Shown piece by piece: positions 21,081 to 31,104 of a stretch of DNA of 64,000 nucleotides (position 1 is its first letter; the number at the start of each line of letters is the position of its first letter). The notes under the pieces were generated by a model, which was not told the DNA's origin, did no database searches, and saw nothing but the letters and a program-made list of their open reading frames with translations. Both the position numbers and the translations under genes were made by a program. Source of the stretch: an uncultured Planctomycetota bacterium (GTDB lineage: Bacteria > Planctomycetota > Planctomycetia > Gemmatales > Gemmataceae); NCBI GenBank assembly GCA_963849325.1, contig CAWKHF010000011.1, forward strand, positions 64,001 through 128,000, read 5' to 3'.

Positions 21081-22808
21081 ATGCGGAGTTCGGCAGTGCA
21101 TTCTTCGTCGGGGGAGCGGCTCGGCGATCGCTGGCGGCATCACGCCACCGTCTCTCCGCAGGCTGTGGCCGTAACCCACTGGGTCGCCGGTGCCGAGCCC
21201 GTGCGCTGGACGTGGGGAGATCTCCTGCGCGGCGCCGACAACGTGGCCGGCTGGCTCGCCGCGCACGGAGTTCGTCCAGGCCAGGTCTGTGCCCTGATGG
21301 TGCGTCACCATCCCTGGTTTTATCCGGTGTACCTGGGAATCAGTTTGAGCGGGGCATTACCTGCTGTCCTGGCCTATCCCAATGCGCGTACACACCCAGA
21401 GAAACTCCGCCAGGGGTTGGAGGGAATGGCTCGTCGCTCGGGGTTGGACTGGGTGCTCACCGAGCGCGAACTGGAGCCGATGGTTCGCGACCTCATGTTG
21501 AGGGAAGGGAGCACTCTGGAGGGACTGCTGTTCCCGCTGGAGTCCGACGTCGCGGCCCCAACGAGATTCTACCCGCCCGTGACGCCGACAACTCCGGCCG
21601 ATAGTCCCTGCCTGCTTCAGCATTCCTCCGGCACCACAGGTTTGCAAAAGGCCGTGATGCTGTCCCACCGGGCCGTACTGGGGCATCTCGATCGCTATCG
21701 CCGCGCCATTGGGCTGACGGCGGACGATAAGATCGTGAGTTGGCTGCCGCCCTATCATGACATGGGACTCATTGCGGCGTTCCATCTGCCGCTGGCCTGT
21801 GGCATCCCCCTGATCCAACTCGATCCGTTCGAATGGGTGCAGGCGCCCGTCCTGTTTCTGGAAGCCGCGGCACGCGACGGCGCGACGCTGGCCTGGCTGC
21901 CGAACTTCGCCTATCATCTCATGGCCGAACGCATCCATGAGGAAGATCTGGAGGGACTCCGGTTTGACCGAATGCGCCTGCTGATCAACTGTAGCGAGCC
22001 GGTTCGCGCCGAGGCCCACGAAAAGTTCCTTCAACGCTTTGGTCCCTACGGCTTCCGCGCGGAAGCGCTGGCGGCTTGCTATGCCATGGCCGAAACTACC
22101 TTCGCGGTGACGCAAACGATTCCAGGCCGGCCCCCTTCCCAGCTCACGGTTGATCGGGACGAGTTGGCACGCGGACAAGTGCGGCTCATCCCGCCGGGTC
22201 CGCCAAGCCGGGTATGCGTCTCCTCCGGCGTCCCCATCGCCGACTGTGCCGTGCGCCTGGTCAATGAGCGGGGCGAGGACTTGCCGGACGATCGGGTCGG
22301 GGAGTTGGTCATCCACTCGGCATCGATGTTCGATGGCTATCGCAATTATGCGGAGAAGACAGCGGAAGTGCTCCAGGACGGCTGGTACTCCAGTGGCGAT
22401 TATGGCTTCCGGCACCGGGGCGAGTGCTATGTTATCGGCCGGAAAAAGGACTTGATTATCGTCGCCGGCAAAAACATTTACCCGGAGGACATCGAAGACG
22501 CTGCCAATGGAGTATTCGGTGTCCTTCCCGGACGTGTGGTGGCTTTCGGAGTGGACGATCCGGAACTGGGGACCGAACAGGTGGCGGTAGTTTTGGAGTC
22601 CGAGCATCACGGCAGTCCCAAAGCCACGCAAGTGCGCCAGCAAGTCGTTCAGGCTGGCATGGATATCGGAGTAACCATTAGCGAAGTCTATATCGTGCCG
22701 CCGCGCTGGCTAATTAAGAGTTCCGCCGGCAAACCGAGCCGTGGGGCGAATCGTGAACGCGTGCTGAACGAATTGAGGGTCCAGAGGCGAGGGAAAGGCG
22801 ATGATTAG
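21081..22808 (+). CDS. Fatty acyl-AMP ligase-like adenylation enzyme
   Basis: LQHSSGTTG, SWLPPYHDMGLI, YAMAETT, FAAL-type insertion VDRDELARG...VSSG, GRKKDLII, KSSAGK. Confidence 0.88.
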   Translation: MRSSAVHSSSGERLGDRWRHHATVSPQAVAVTHWVAGAEPVRWTWGDLLRGADNVAGWLAAHGVRPGQVCALMVRHHPWFYPVYLGISLSGALPAVLAYPNARTHPEKLRQGLEGMARRSGLDWVLTERELEPMVRDLMLREGSTLEGLLFPLESDVAAPTRFYPPVTPTTPADSPCLLQHSSGTTGLQKAVMLSHRAVLGHLDRYRRAIGLTADDKIVSWLPPYHDMGLIAAFHLPLACGIPLIQLDPFEWVQAPVLFLEAAARDGATLAWLPNFAYHLMAERIHEEDLEGLRFDRMRLLINCSEPVRAEAHEKFLQRFGPYGFRAEALAACYAMAETTFAVTQTIPGRPPSQLTVDRDELARGQVRLIPPGPPSRVCVSSGVPIADCAVRLVNERGEDLPDDRVGELVIHSASMFDGYRNYAEKTAEVLQDGWYSSGDYGFRHRGECYVIGRKKDLIIVAGKNIYPEDIEDAANGVFGVLPGRVVAFGVDDPELGTEQVAVVLESEHHGSPKATQVRQQVVQAGMDIGVTISEVYIVPPRWLIKSSAGKPSRGANRERVLNELRVQRRGKGDD

Positions 22809-23037
22809 CGACCGGCTCAAAGGGGTCATCCTGCGCGAGCTGCAACTGGATGACTTTCCCTTCACGGACCAGACGCTCGCCCCCAATGTCCCCGGTTGGG
22901 ATTCGCTGAGCCACGTGCGGATTCTCGCGGCGATCGAGAAAGAGTTCGCCATTCGGTTCAAGACGCTAGAGGTGTTGCGACTGAAGAATGTCGGCGAACT
23001 TCAAGCGCTCGTGAGTAAAAAGACCGCGGCTGGCTAG
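22801..23037 (+). CDS. Acyl carrier protein
   Basis: 78 aa; GWDSLSHV phosphopantetheine site, IEKEFAIRF, NVGEL; overlaps the ligase stop. Confidence 0.9.
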   Translation: MISDRLKGVILRELQLDDFPFTDQTLAPNVPGWDSLSHVRILAAIEKEFAIRFKTLEVLRLKNVGELQALVSKKTAAG

Positions 23038-23056
23038 CTGTTTCGTTTGCGACCCA

Positions 23057-23377
23057 TCAGCGGACAGGCGTCACCACGATCGATTTGATCTCGATGTCGC
23101 CGTCCGCCGACCACACGCGCACCGGCGAGTGAGCAAAGGAGATCGGGCCGTAGTCGGAGATGCCAATGATGACGGGGTTACGATGAGTCACCCAGACCGT
23201 GAACGTCTCCCGCGTCAGCTGGACGCGGAGTTCCTGCAAGCCGGGAACTTGCCGCGTATCACCGAAGACAGTCCACAGAGCGCCTCGTTCATCCGGGTCC
23301 GAGCGGCCAGCGGAAAGGCCGTAACAAGAACTTCCGCAAAGCGATCTCGCCGTGGACCTATCGCCTGGTGCGGACAC
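23057..23377 (-). CDS. Hypothetical protein or gene remnant
   Basis: 106-aa ORF whose C-terminal half looks like a beta-rich domain; no recognisable motif. Confidence 0.3.
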   Translation of the reverse strand: MSAPGDRSTARSLCGSSCYGLSAGRSDPDERGALWTVFGDTRQVPGLQELRVQLTRETFTVWVTHRNPVIIGISDYGPISFAHSPVRVWSADGDIEIKSIVVTPVR

Positions 23378-23388
23378 GGATCGATCCG

Positions 23389-23520
23389 AAGGCGCAGGAG
23401 GACCGTGTTCGTCCTGTGAGCTACGATCCCCGAAACACCAGCCGAGAGTGTCCCGCCTGGGGAACGGTGAGGAAGGACAACCGAAAGGGAGAGCGCTTTT
23501 GCTGCCAGTCCTGCGGCACG
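23389..23520 (+). pseudogene. IS200/IS605 TnpB C-terminal zinc-ribbon remnant
   Basis: KAQEDRVRPVSYDPRNTSRECPAWGTVRKDNRKGERFCCQSCG matches the TnpB 'KA..G..V..VDP.NTS..C..CG...NR....F.C..CG' pattern; one Cys is replaced by Trp. Confidence 0.75.
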
Positions 23521-23525
23521 CAGAG

Positions 23526-23581
23526 CACGAATCACACGAATAAAAAGATGCAAGTTTTGTATTTTATTCGTGTGATTCGTG
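23526..23581. repeat. Palindromic repeat (CACGAATCACACGAAT family)
   Basis: 20-bp inverted arms; same family as 41816-42031. Confidence 0.8.
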
Positions 23582-23594
23582 GTGAATCGGGGAT

Positions 23595-24326
23595 CTACGA
23601 GAAGGCCACGACGACGCAGGTGACGTTGTCGTTGGAGCCGCGTTCGAGGGCCAACGTCACCAGTTCGTTGGCCCACTCCTGCGGGTCGGGATAGCGGGCC
23701 GCGCCCGTGCGCAGGTCGTCGGGATTGATGTAATTGGTCAAGCCGTCGCTGGCCAGCACGAGACGATCGCCAGCGTGCGGCGTGAAAGGGCGTACCTCGG
23801 CTGATTCCGGCAGGTCGGCACAGCCGAGAAATCTGTAGAGAATGTGGCGATACGGACTTTGCCGGGCTTGCTCGGGCGTCAGCGCTCCGTTGCGAGCCAA
23901 CTCTTCGGCCATGGAATGATCGAGGGTGAGCTGTTCGACGTGCTCGCCGCGGATGAGGTAGGCCCGGCTATCGCCAAGTCCGGCCACGTAAATTCGATCG
24001 TCCTGGCGCACGGCCAGAACGGCGGTCGTGCCCATGCGGCGGCCGGCGGCCTGGTGACGGCTGGCGTCCAGGATGGCCCGATTGGCTTCTCGGAACGCCT
24101 CGGTCACGGCCTGGGCGGGGTCGGCGTGGGCATCCAGGCGGACCTGCACCGCGCGCGGAATGATCTCCGCCGCCAACCCGCTCGCCCGTTCGCCGGACTC
24201 CTGCCCTCCCATACCGTCGGCGACGAGGAACACGTTCCGGCTCGTGTCGGCCACGTAGCGGTCTTCGTTATTGGGACGCAGGCCGCGGGCCGTGCGGGCG
24301 CCTGCGCGTACTTCCAGGGGATCCAT
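23595..24326 (-). CDS. PP2C/PPM-family Ser/Thr protein phosphatase
   Basis: GLRPNNED, VADGMGG, MGTT, GLGDSRAY, LASDGL, GSNDNVT. Confidence 0.93.
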   Translation of the reverse strand: MDPLEVRAGARTARGLRPNNEDRYVADTSRNVFLVADGMGGQESGERASGLAAEIIPRAVQVRLDAHADPAQAVTEAFREANRAILDASRHQAAGRRMGTTAVLAVRQDDRIYVAGLGDSRAYLIRGEHVEQLTLDHSMAEELARNGALTPEQARQSPYRHILYRFLGCADLPESAEVRPFTPHAGDRLVLASDGLTNYINPDDLRTGAARYPDPQEWANELVTLALERGSNDNVTCVVVAFS

Positions 24327-24580
24327 ACTCGGCTCCAGTGGAAGAGGGGAGTATTGGCATCGCGAGCACGCCCAATCTCTTCCTCTTCCTCTCATTGTAA
24401 CCGCCGCTTTCCACGGGCGACAAGCGTAGACATCGGCAAGGACACGGCCCGCACCAGGCCGGGGCGAGAGGGGAATTGGCATAATCCGCACCCCTCGCAA
24501 AATCCGCAGCCGCCGCACCACCATGCCGTTTGCTACAACAGAGGGTGGGTCGGTGGGGGATTGGCTGTGAGGATCGGCAC

Positions 24581-25287
24581 ATGGGTTTGTTGAGCCAGCG
24601 TCGCCGTCGTCCGGAAATCATGGACCAGCCGGATCTGGCCCCGGACCAGCACGTCCGCGCCCTGCAAGCCCTGGCCCGCATCAACTTCCTCAGTCACAGT
24701 GCCGGCATTCTCTGGCCGGATCTCGCCGCGTTGGCCCATGCCGTCGCGCCGCGCGCCCGCGCATCCTCGACGTGGCGACAGGAGCGGGCGATGTGCCGCT
24801 TCGCCTGTGGCGGCGGGCGCGGCGGGCCGGACTCGACTTCCATGTCGAAGGCTGTGACATCAGCCCCGTCGCTCTCGAACACGCACGCGCTCGGGCCGCT
24901 CGGGCCGGTGCGCCCCTCCGCTTCTTCGAGTACGACGCCGTGTCCGGGCCGACCCTGACGGGCTATGACGCCCTCACGTGCTCGCTCTTCTTGCACCATC
25001 TGGACGAAGCGCCGGCCATCGCGCTGCTGCGGCACATGGGCGAAATGGCGGGGCGACTGGTGCTGGTCAACGATCTCGAGCGCAGCGGGATCGGCCTGTT
25101 GCTGGCGCACGTGGTTGGGCGCCTGCTGACAACCTCGCACGTCGTTCACGTGGACGGCCCGCGTTCGGTGGAGGGAGCGTTCACGCGCACCGAGGCTCGC
25201 GCCCTCGCCGAACGCGCCGGCCTGGCCGGCGCACGGGTCGGCTGGCGTTGGCCGTTCCGCTGGTTGCTGTCGTGGAGGCGCCCGTGA
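24581..25287 (+). CDS. SAM-dependent methyltransferase (frameshift ~24760)
   Basis: EIMDQPDL...ALQALARIN, (I)LDVATGAGD, CSLFLHHL, LVNDLERS, VHVDGPRSV. Confidence 0.85.
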
Positions 25288-26543
25288 CCATCGCGGCCAC
25301 CACGAGCCTGGAAGAAGCCGCCTCGCGTACCTGGGATGTCGTGATCGTCGGTGCTGGGCCGGCCGGAGCGATGTCTGCCTACGAGCTGTCTCGCCGCGGA
25401 TTGGCCGTCCTCCTGGTCGATCGCGCCTCCTTCCCGCGCTGGAAGGTGTGCGGCTGCTGCTTGAATGCCCGCGCCCTGGCCGCGCTGGCGGAGGCCGGAC
25501 TCGGCGCGCTGACCGTTCGCTGCGGCGCGGTGTCTCTGGATAGCTTTCAGGTGGCGGTGGCCGGCCGGGTCGCCCGGCTGGCGATCGGCGGTGCTGTGTC
25601 GCTGTCGCGCCAGACCCTCGACGCCGCCCTGGTGACAGCCGCCATCGGAGCGGGCGCCGCCTTCCTGCCGCGAACACAAGCAGTTCTGAGTTCTGAGTCC
25701 CGAGTTCGGAGTGAAGAACACAGCATGACCCCAGCGTCCGGAACTCCGAACTCCGAACTCCGAACTCCGAACTCCGGAGTTCGCGTCGTGGAGCTGCGAC
25801 AGGAGCAGAAGGCCAGTCGGATGGCGGCGCGGGTCGTGCTCCTCGCGGACGGGCTGGGCGGCAAATTGGTCGCTCGGGCCGGAATCAGTGAGGTCGCCAC
25901 GGCACCGGGCGCACGCATCGGCGTGGGCATGATCGCGGCGAACGCGCCGGCATTCTACGAGCCGGGCCGCATCTTCATGGCCTGCGGCCGCGAGGGCTAT
26001 CTGGGACTGGTACGCCTCGAAGACGGACGGCTCGATCTGGCCGCCGCGCTCGATCCAGGATGGGTTCGCGCCCACGGCGGACCCGGCCCTGCCGCCGCCG
26101 AGATGCTCGCCGAGGTGGGTTGGCCTGCCGTCCCCGACATGGCGGAACACGGCTGGCGAGGCACTCCGGCGCTGACACGACGGGCGCGGCGCGTGGCCGG
26201 TGAGCGCCTGTTTCTCGTCGGCGATGCCGCCGGTTACATCGAGCCGTTCACCGGCGAGGGCATGGCCTGGGCGCTGTCCGCCGCAAGGGCGCTGGCGCCT
26301 CTGGCCGCGCGGGCGGCCGAGCGCTGGCATCCGCGATGGGCCGGCGAGTGGGGCGCGCTCTATCGCCGCCTTCTCGGGACACGGCATCTCGTCTGCCGAA
26401 CCGTCGCCGCCGTGCTCCGCTCGCCGGGCCTGACGCGGACGATGATCCACTTGCTTTCCGTTGCCCCTGGCCTGGCCGTGCCGGTGCTGCACGGTTTAGG
26501 ATTTCATGACAGTCGAAAGCAGGGAATAGGGAATAGGGAATAG
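25284..26543 (+). CDS. FAD-dependent oxidoreductase (geranylgeranyl reductase-like)
   Basis: DVVIVGAGPAG, FPRWKVCGCCL, LVGDAAGYIEPFTGEGMAWA; GTG start overlaps the upstream TGA. Confidence 0.9.
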   Translation: MTIAATTSLEEAASRTWDVVIVGAGPAGAMSAYELSRRGLAVLLVDRASFPRWKVCGCCLNARALAALAEAGLGALTVRCGAVSLDSFQVAVAGRVARLAIGGAVSLSRQTLDAALVTAAIGAGAAFLPRTQAVLSSESRVRSEEHSMTPASGTPNSELRTPNSGVRVVELRQEQKASRMAARVVLLADGLGGKLVARAGISEVATAPGARIGVGMIAANAPAFYEPGRIFMACGREGYLGLVRLEDGRLDLAAALDPGWVRAHGGPGPAAAEMLAEVGWPAVPDMAEHGWRGTPALTRRARRVAGERLFLVGDAAGYIEPFTGEGMAWALSAARALAPLAARAAERWHPRWAGEWGALYRRLLGTRHLVCRTVAAVLRSPGLTRTMIHLLSVAPGLAVPVLHGLGFHDSRKQGIGNRE

Positions 26544-26612
26544 GGAATAGGGAATAGGGGGAAAGAGGAAGGAATCTCGCATCTATTCCCTATTCCCTAT
26601 TCCCTATTCCCT
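26521..26612. repeat. Inverted pair of heptamer tandem arrays (AGGGAAT)x5 / (ATTCCCT)x4
   Basis: Directly visible between two convergent genes; likely a bidirectional hairpin. Confidence 0.9.
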
Positions 26613-27420
26613 GATTCAGCACTTGCCGTACCGCTTCGATGAGCTGATCTCCAGTGTACGGCTTGCTCAGGAAGCTCCAGCCGGGCGTCCACGCCACCCA
26701 CGACGGCTCCGGCAAGCCGCCGGCGGTCACCAGCAGAACGCGCACCTGCGGATTCATCGCCAACAGTCCGTTGATGGTCTCCACGCCCGAGATGTCCGGC
26801 AAATGCTGGTCGAGGATGACCAGATCGATGGCCGACTGGTTCTGACGGTAAAGCTGCAGGATCTGCCGGCCGGCCTCCGCCGACAGCACCTGGTAGCCGT
26901 GCTGCCGCAGGATGGTCTGGGCAAGGAGGCGGATACTCGGCTCCCGGTCGGCCAGCAGGACCATCCCACGCGGCGAGGCTGGGGACGGGGCGGGCGTCGC
27001 GGCCGCGGCGGCCGGTTTCGTCCACGCTCGAACTTCCAGCTCGCGGAAAAGGCACAGCACGCCCCGTACCACGCCTTCGCCGTCCCGCACCGGCGCCTTG
27101 AGCAGACGCACGCGCAGGGCCAGCGGGCCGCGCGGCCGATCCTCTTCCGCCTCGATCCGTTCGCCGCGCAGAACGCGCTCGTTCTCGGCGGCGGCCTGGT
27201 CCGACCAGGGCGACGGCCAAAAGTCGAAAACCGTGTGTCCCAGGAGTTCGGAGTCCGGCTTGTCCAGCCAGCGGCAGAAGGCCGCGTTGACCGCGATGCA
27301 ATGACCCTCCCCGTCGAACAGATAGACACACTGGTCGAGGTTCTCGATCAGCGCGCGGAAGGCCGCCGCTCCGCCGGAGCGGAGTTCCGCGAATTCCAGT
27401 TGACTCAACGGATCGGTCAT
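26590..27420 (-). CDS. PAS domain + response regulator receiver protein
   Basis: PAS/PAC (AVNAAFCRWL, KAPVRDGEGVVRGVLC), A/P linker, REC (IDLVILDQHLPDISG, FLSKPY). Confidence 0.88.
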   Translation of the reverse strand: MTDPLSQLEFAELRSGGAAAFRALIENLDQCVYLFDGEGHCIAVNAAFCRWLDKPDSELLGHTVFDFWPSPWSDQAAAENERVLRGERIEAEEDRPRGPLALRVRLLKAPVRDGEGVVRGVLCLFRELEVRAWTKPAAAAATPAPSPASPRGMVLLADREPSIRLLAQTILRQHGYQVLSAEAGRQILQLYRQNQSAIDLVILDQHLPDISGVETINGLLAMNPQVRVLLVTAGGLPEPSWVAWTPGWSFLSKPYTGDQLIEAVRQVLNQGIGNRE

Positions 27421-27453
27421 ATCTTCTTATCCCCCCTGTCCTCTGTTCCACGG

Positions 27454-27501
27454 GCCGCTTGCGGCTTGGCGGACAGCGTTGAGCGCCAAACCGCAAGCGG
27501 C
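27454..27501. repeat. REP-like palindrome (GCCGCTTGCGGCTTGGCG family)
   Basis: Inverted arms; related copies near 32857-32895, 50494-50532 and 59250-59288. Confidence 0.75.
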
Positions 27502-27516
27502 GTTCGCAACGAACCC

Positions 27517-27840
27517 TCAGCGACCCACGACCGTTTCGTGGGTCGCCGCCCGGCCCTGATCGGCCTGGACTTGCAACATTTGCGAGCATAGCAGCCGCGC
27601 CATGCGCGGCGCCGCCCATTCCGGTTTCACGACCTGTCCGGGCGGCGACGCTAACGCCACCGCCGGCAGGTTTCGCTCCACCCAGTGACGGAGCAGCGGT
27701 TGGCCGCGTCCGGTCCGCAGCACACAGCGGATCATCGGCACCAACAACTCCTCCATCTCCTCCCGGCTCGACACGGAACCGCCGTCAGACCCGTACATCC
27801 GTCGAGCCAACGTCTGGACCGCCTCGTCGGTGAAATCCAT
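27517..27840 (-). CDS. Hypothetical protein
   Basis: ATG preceded by GGAGAAAC; plausible helical 107-aa protein. Confidence 0.7.
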   Translation of the reverse strand: MDFTDEAVQTLARRMYGSDGGSVSSREEMEELLVPMIRCVLRTGRGQPLLRHWVERNLPAVALASPPGQVVKPEWAAPRMARLLCSQMLQVQADQGRAATHETVVGR

Positions 27841-27851
27841 GATGTTTCTCC

Positions 27852-28481
27852 CTAAACCGGCACACTCGTCTCAGCGACATCCGAGGTATCGCCCCACCAA
27901 TCGACCGCCTGGGCCGTGGCGATACCGCCGTTGCCGCTGCTGACATTGGCGAGAACGCAGAAGGTGCCATCGGGGTTAACGTTGACCTGCACATTGTTCA
28001 GCGCCGGGATACCGCCGAGGTTGACGACCTCCCCTTGCATGGGAGCGCCACTGACGCTGCCGGTGAACTCCCACGTATTGCCGTCCTCGCAAGTCGCGTT
28101 GAAATCACTGATCGCCGGTGTCCCGTTCACCAAGGTGGCCGAGGCCGAGGATCTCCCGTCCGCACTGGCGGCAGTCAGCTGGCCGAGTTGCAACGCTGTC
28201 AGGGTGATGTTGTAGCCGCCCTGGGAGTCGGTTGTCACGGAGCCGTTCACTGCCCCGCCGAAATTGATTGTCTCGTTGCCAATAGGGTTCCCGGCCTTGG
28301 TCAATTGTCCCGTGAGGGTGACTTGCTGGTTCGGGTCGTAGGTGACGGCCAGAGTCAAAACCTCCGCGGGGGGACCGAACGTCGGACAGATTCGATCCTC
28401 CAGGCTTTCCAGGAATGGCGTCACCGAGCGGGCGGTAACGGGTTTCCGGGAGCGGGCAGAGCGTGTCCGCAGACAAAACAT
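27852..28481 (-). CDS. Exported beta-rich (Ig-like) protein with planctomycete LEPR-XLL-type N-terminus
   Basis: Basic N-terminus then FLESLEDRICP; strong RBS AAGGAGGT; T/G/N-rich beta strands. Confidence 0.8.
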   Translation of the reverse strand: MFCLRTRSARSRKPVTARSVTPFLESLEDRICPTFGPPAEVLTLAVTYDPNQQVTLTGQLTKAGNPIGNETINFGGAVNGSVTTDSQGGYNITLTALQLGQLTAASADGRSSASATLVNGTPAISDFNATCEDGNTWEFTGSVSGAPMQGEVVNLGGIPALNNVQVNVNPDGTFCVLANVSSGNGGIATAQAVDWWGDTSDVAETSVPV

Positions 28482-28593
28482 GCTGTACCTCCTTAAAGGA
28501 CACAGGCGAGTGGTGAGAACGCCATCGTTTGAGGCGCTGACTCTCTGGTGGATTCAGGTGGGCTGGCAAGCTAGGAGGGTGTCCGGGATTCCC

Positions 28594-28659
28594 TTCGTTT
28601 CGCGGCGGTTCGCAGAGGCGCGCATTGAGCGCGCCTCTGCGAACCGCCGCGAAATCGAA
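28594..28659. repeat. Long palindrome (REP-like)
   Basis: TTTCGCGGCGGTTCGCAGAGGCGCGC / GCGCGCCTCTGCGAACCGCCGCGAAA. Confidence 0.85.
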
Positions 28660-28877
28660 TGTTTACCGAGGCGAACCCGAGGAAGAAGGAAGGGGCGTCA
28701 GAGGGAAGGATCGTGCGGTCCCCTATATATACATCGAAATCGGCGCGAAATCGGACAAGAATTCCGGACGTTTTTTCAAGATTTTTTCAAAACCTTGTGA
28801 GTAAACCACTTAGAAAGAAAAATTTTTGATGCACGAGAGGCAAAAAATGAGAAAAAAGGACGATGGGAAGTATACGT

Positions 28878-31104
28878 TCAATCAGGCAAATCGATCGGGT
28901 CGATCAGCCGCAGCTCCAGGTCCGGGACGATGCGCTCCGTCTGCACCTGGCGCAGGGCTGCAAAAGCCGGAAGCTTATTCACCGTATGCCAGAAGCGGGG
29001 ATCCTTCAGGATCGCGTCTGCAGGCTGTCCGTTGGCGATGGCCTGCCGGAGATGGAAGAAGGTTCGTTCGATCCGCTGCTCTCGCACCCGCAAGTGTAGG
29101 GACGTCACGATGGGGGCATCGAACCAGACAGGGGCGCGAGCGAGGTCATCGCGGGCAACCGTGATGTACAAAAGGGCGGCATCCCGACACAGACGCGGGG
29201 GGACGGGTCCGAGTTGGATGGCGCGTTCGATGTCGTCCAGGGCCGTGGCGGGGACGGTGTTCCACTTCTGATTTCCCCGCATGTACAAGGCCAGCATGGC
29301 TCGATTGTACAGGACCGCCTGGCAGTTGGGATCGAGTTGGGCCGCCGCGTTCAAATCGTCCGCAGCTTTGTAGTACTCCTTTCGGAGGAGGTATGTATAA
29401 GCCCGATTGTTTAACACCATGACCGGCCGGTAACCGGATCCTTGTATTTGGTTATACCATTCAATGGCTTGCTTGGGATACTGCTCGCGGCTACGAATAT
29501 AAGCCTTCACGGCAAGGGTTGGGGCATCATAGGATTCCTCCCCGATCAGATTCACATCCTCCCAGGCTTGATCGAGTTTATCCTTGGCTTGCTCGCCCGT
29601 CAGGTACTTACTCTGCTTCAACCGAGCACAGCCGCGAGCGAAGCGGAGACGCGGATTGCCCGGCTCGGCGCACGGCCTGATCGAAGTGTTTCTCCGCCTC
29701 ATCGTAATTGCCGGCCCGGTAGAACGCCACGCCTTGCTGATACTCGCGTTCGCTGTAGGGCGGCGTGACCGACCAGGCATAGCCGGCGATCGCGGCCGTC
29801 AGCGCGAACAAGCAGACGGTGGCCAGGACCATCCGGGGATGGACGGCAATCCATCGACGCAGTCGGCGAGCCGGAGAGAACTGCCGTCGCAGTTCGGCGG
29901 CGACTACCGCGGCGCTCCGTGGCCGGCCGACCGGATCGAGGCTCAGGCAGCGGTCCAGGACGGCAGCGACCGGACGCTCCAGCTCGGGACAAACGCCACG
30001 AAACGAACGGAAGCCAATCGTCCATCGTTCCAGCAGGACTCGGGCCAGCGGCTTCTCGATCAGCTCCGGCGAGACCGAACCGTAGGGTTTGTCTCCCGTC
30101 AGCAGTTCGTAGACGATCACGCCAAGAGAAAAGAGGTCGGCGCGTTCATCCCACGCGGCCGTGTTTTCGCCCAGGAAGGCCCGCAGCTGCTCGGGGGCCG
30201 CGTAACGCAGGGTGGCGCCCCGAGGAGCGTCGGACTCGAGCGCGCTGCTGGACAGGTTGAAATCGAGCAGTAACGGCTTGCCGGACGGATCGAGGAGGAC
30301 GTTGGACAGCTTCAGGTCGCGGTGGCAGACGCCGCGCTCGTGCAAGAACGCCAGCGCCTCCGCCAACTGGACGGCCAGATGAATCACGCCGTCGGCGTAG
30401 CTCATCGTTCGCAGACGCGGGTCGGGGTCGGCCGGCGGATCCTCCGGCTGAGCGCAGGCGCGAAGAACGTCGAAGAGGGCGGCCGCCTTCCGCGGCCGCG
30501 GCGCGTGTGGGGACGGCAAGAGCCGATCGAGGACGTCTTCCAGGGTGGCGCTGCCCAGGTACGGCATGCGCACGACCGTTAGCCCGGTGGCATGGTCTCG
30601 CCCGGCCGACAGGATGGGGACGATGTGCGGATGGGACAACCGGCCCATCGTCCGCGCCTCGATCTCGCCGCCGCGGGAGAACTTGACGGCCACCAGCCGG
30701 CCGCCGGTGGACGTTTCGCGGGCCAGGAATACTCGCGCGAAGGCGCCTCGGCCGAGCTGCCGCACGATGGTCAGATCGCCCCGCTGTTCGCCCGCGACCG
30801 GACAGCCAGCCGTCTCCAGGCCGAAGTATTGCGGGTTCTTCCCTGCGAACAGGTCGATCTGAAGCAGGTTCTGCAACGCGCTGCGGCAGGAAGGGAAGCT
30901 CGCGCAGTAGCTCGACAGGTCGAGCCGTTCTCCTTCCTCCAGCCGGCGATAATACTCTTCGTAGGCGTGCTCCAGCAGGACGGATTTCGAGACGGGCGGC
31001 GCATCGGGGTCGCGGCGAGCCGACGGAGCGATTTCCGTCGGCGGGCCAGTGGCGGAGACGGCGACGTCCCACGCCTCGGAGGCAGCCTTCTCCGCCGGTG
31101 TCAT
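28878..31104 (-). CDS. Ser/Thr protein kinase with TM segment and C-terminal TPRs (frameshift ~29680)
   Basis: LGRGAFARVF, VAVK, HRDLKLSN, LDFNLS, YAAPE, DLFSLG; TM then TPRs; start overlaps the ECF stop (ATGA). Confidence 0.9.

Noticed and set aside
19641-22808. 1055-aa MBOAT-ligase fusion
   Set aside because: The real MBOAT C-terminus (FVYFQF, stop 21072) is in another frame; the fusion comes from a frameshift near 20720.
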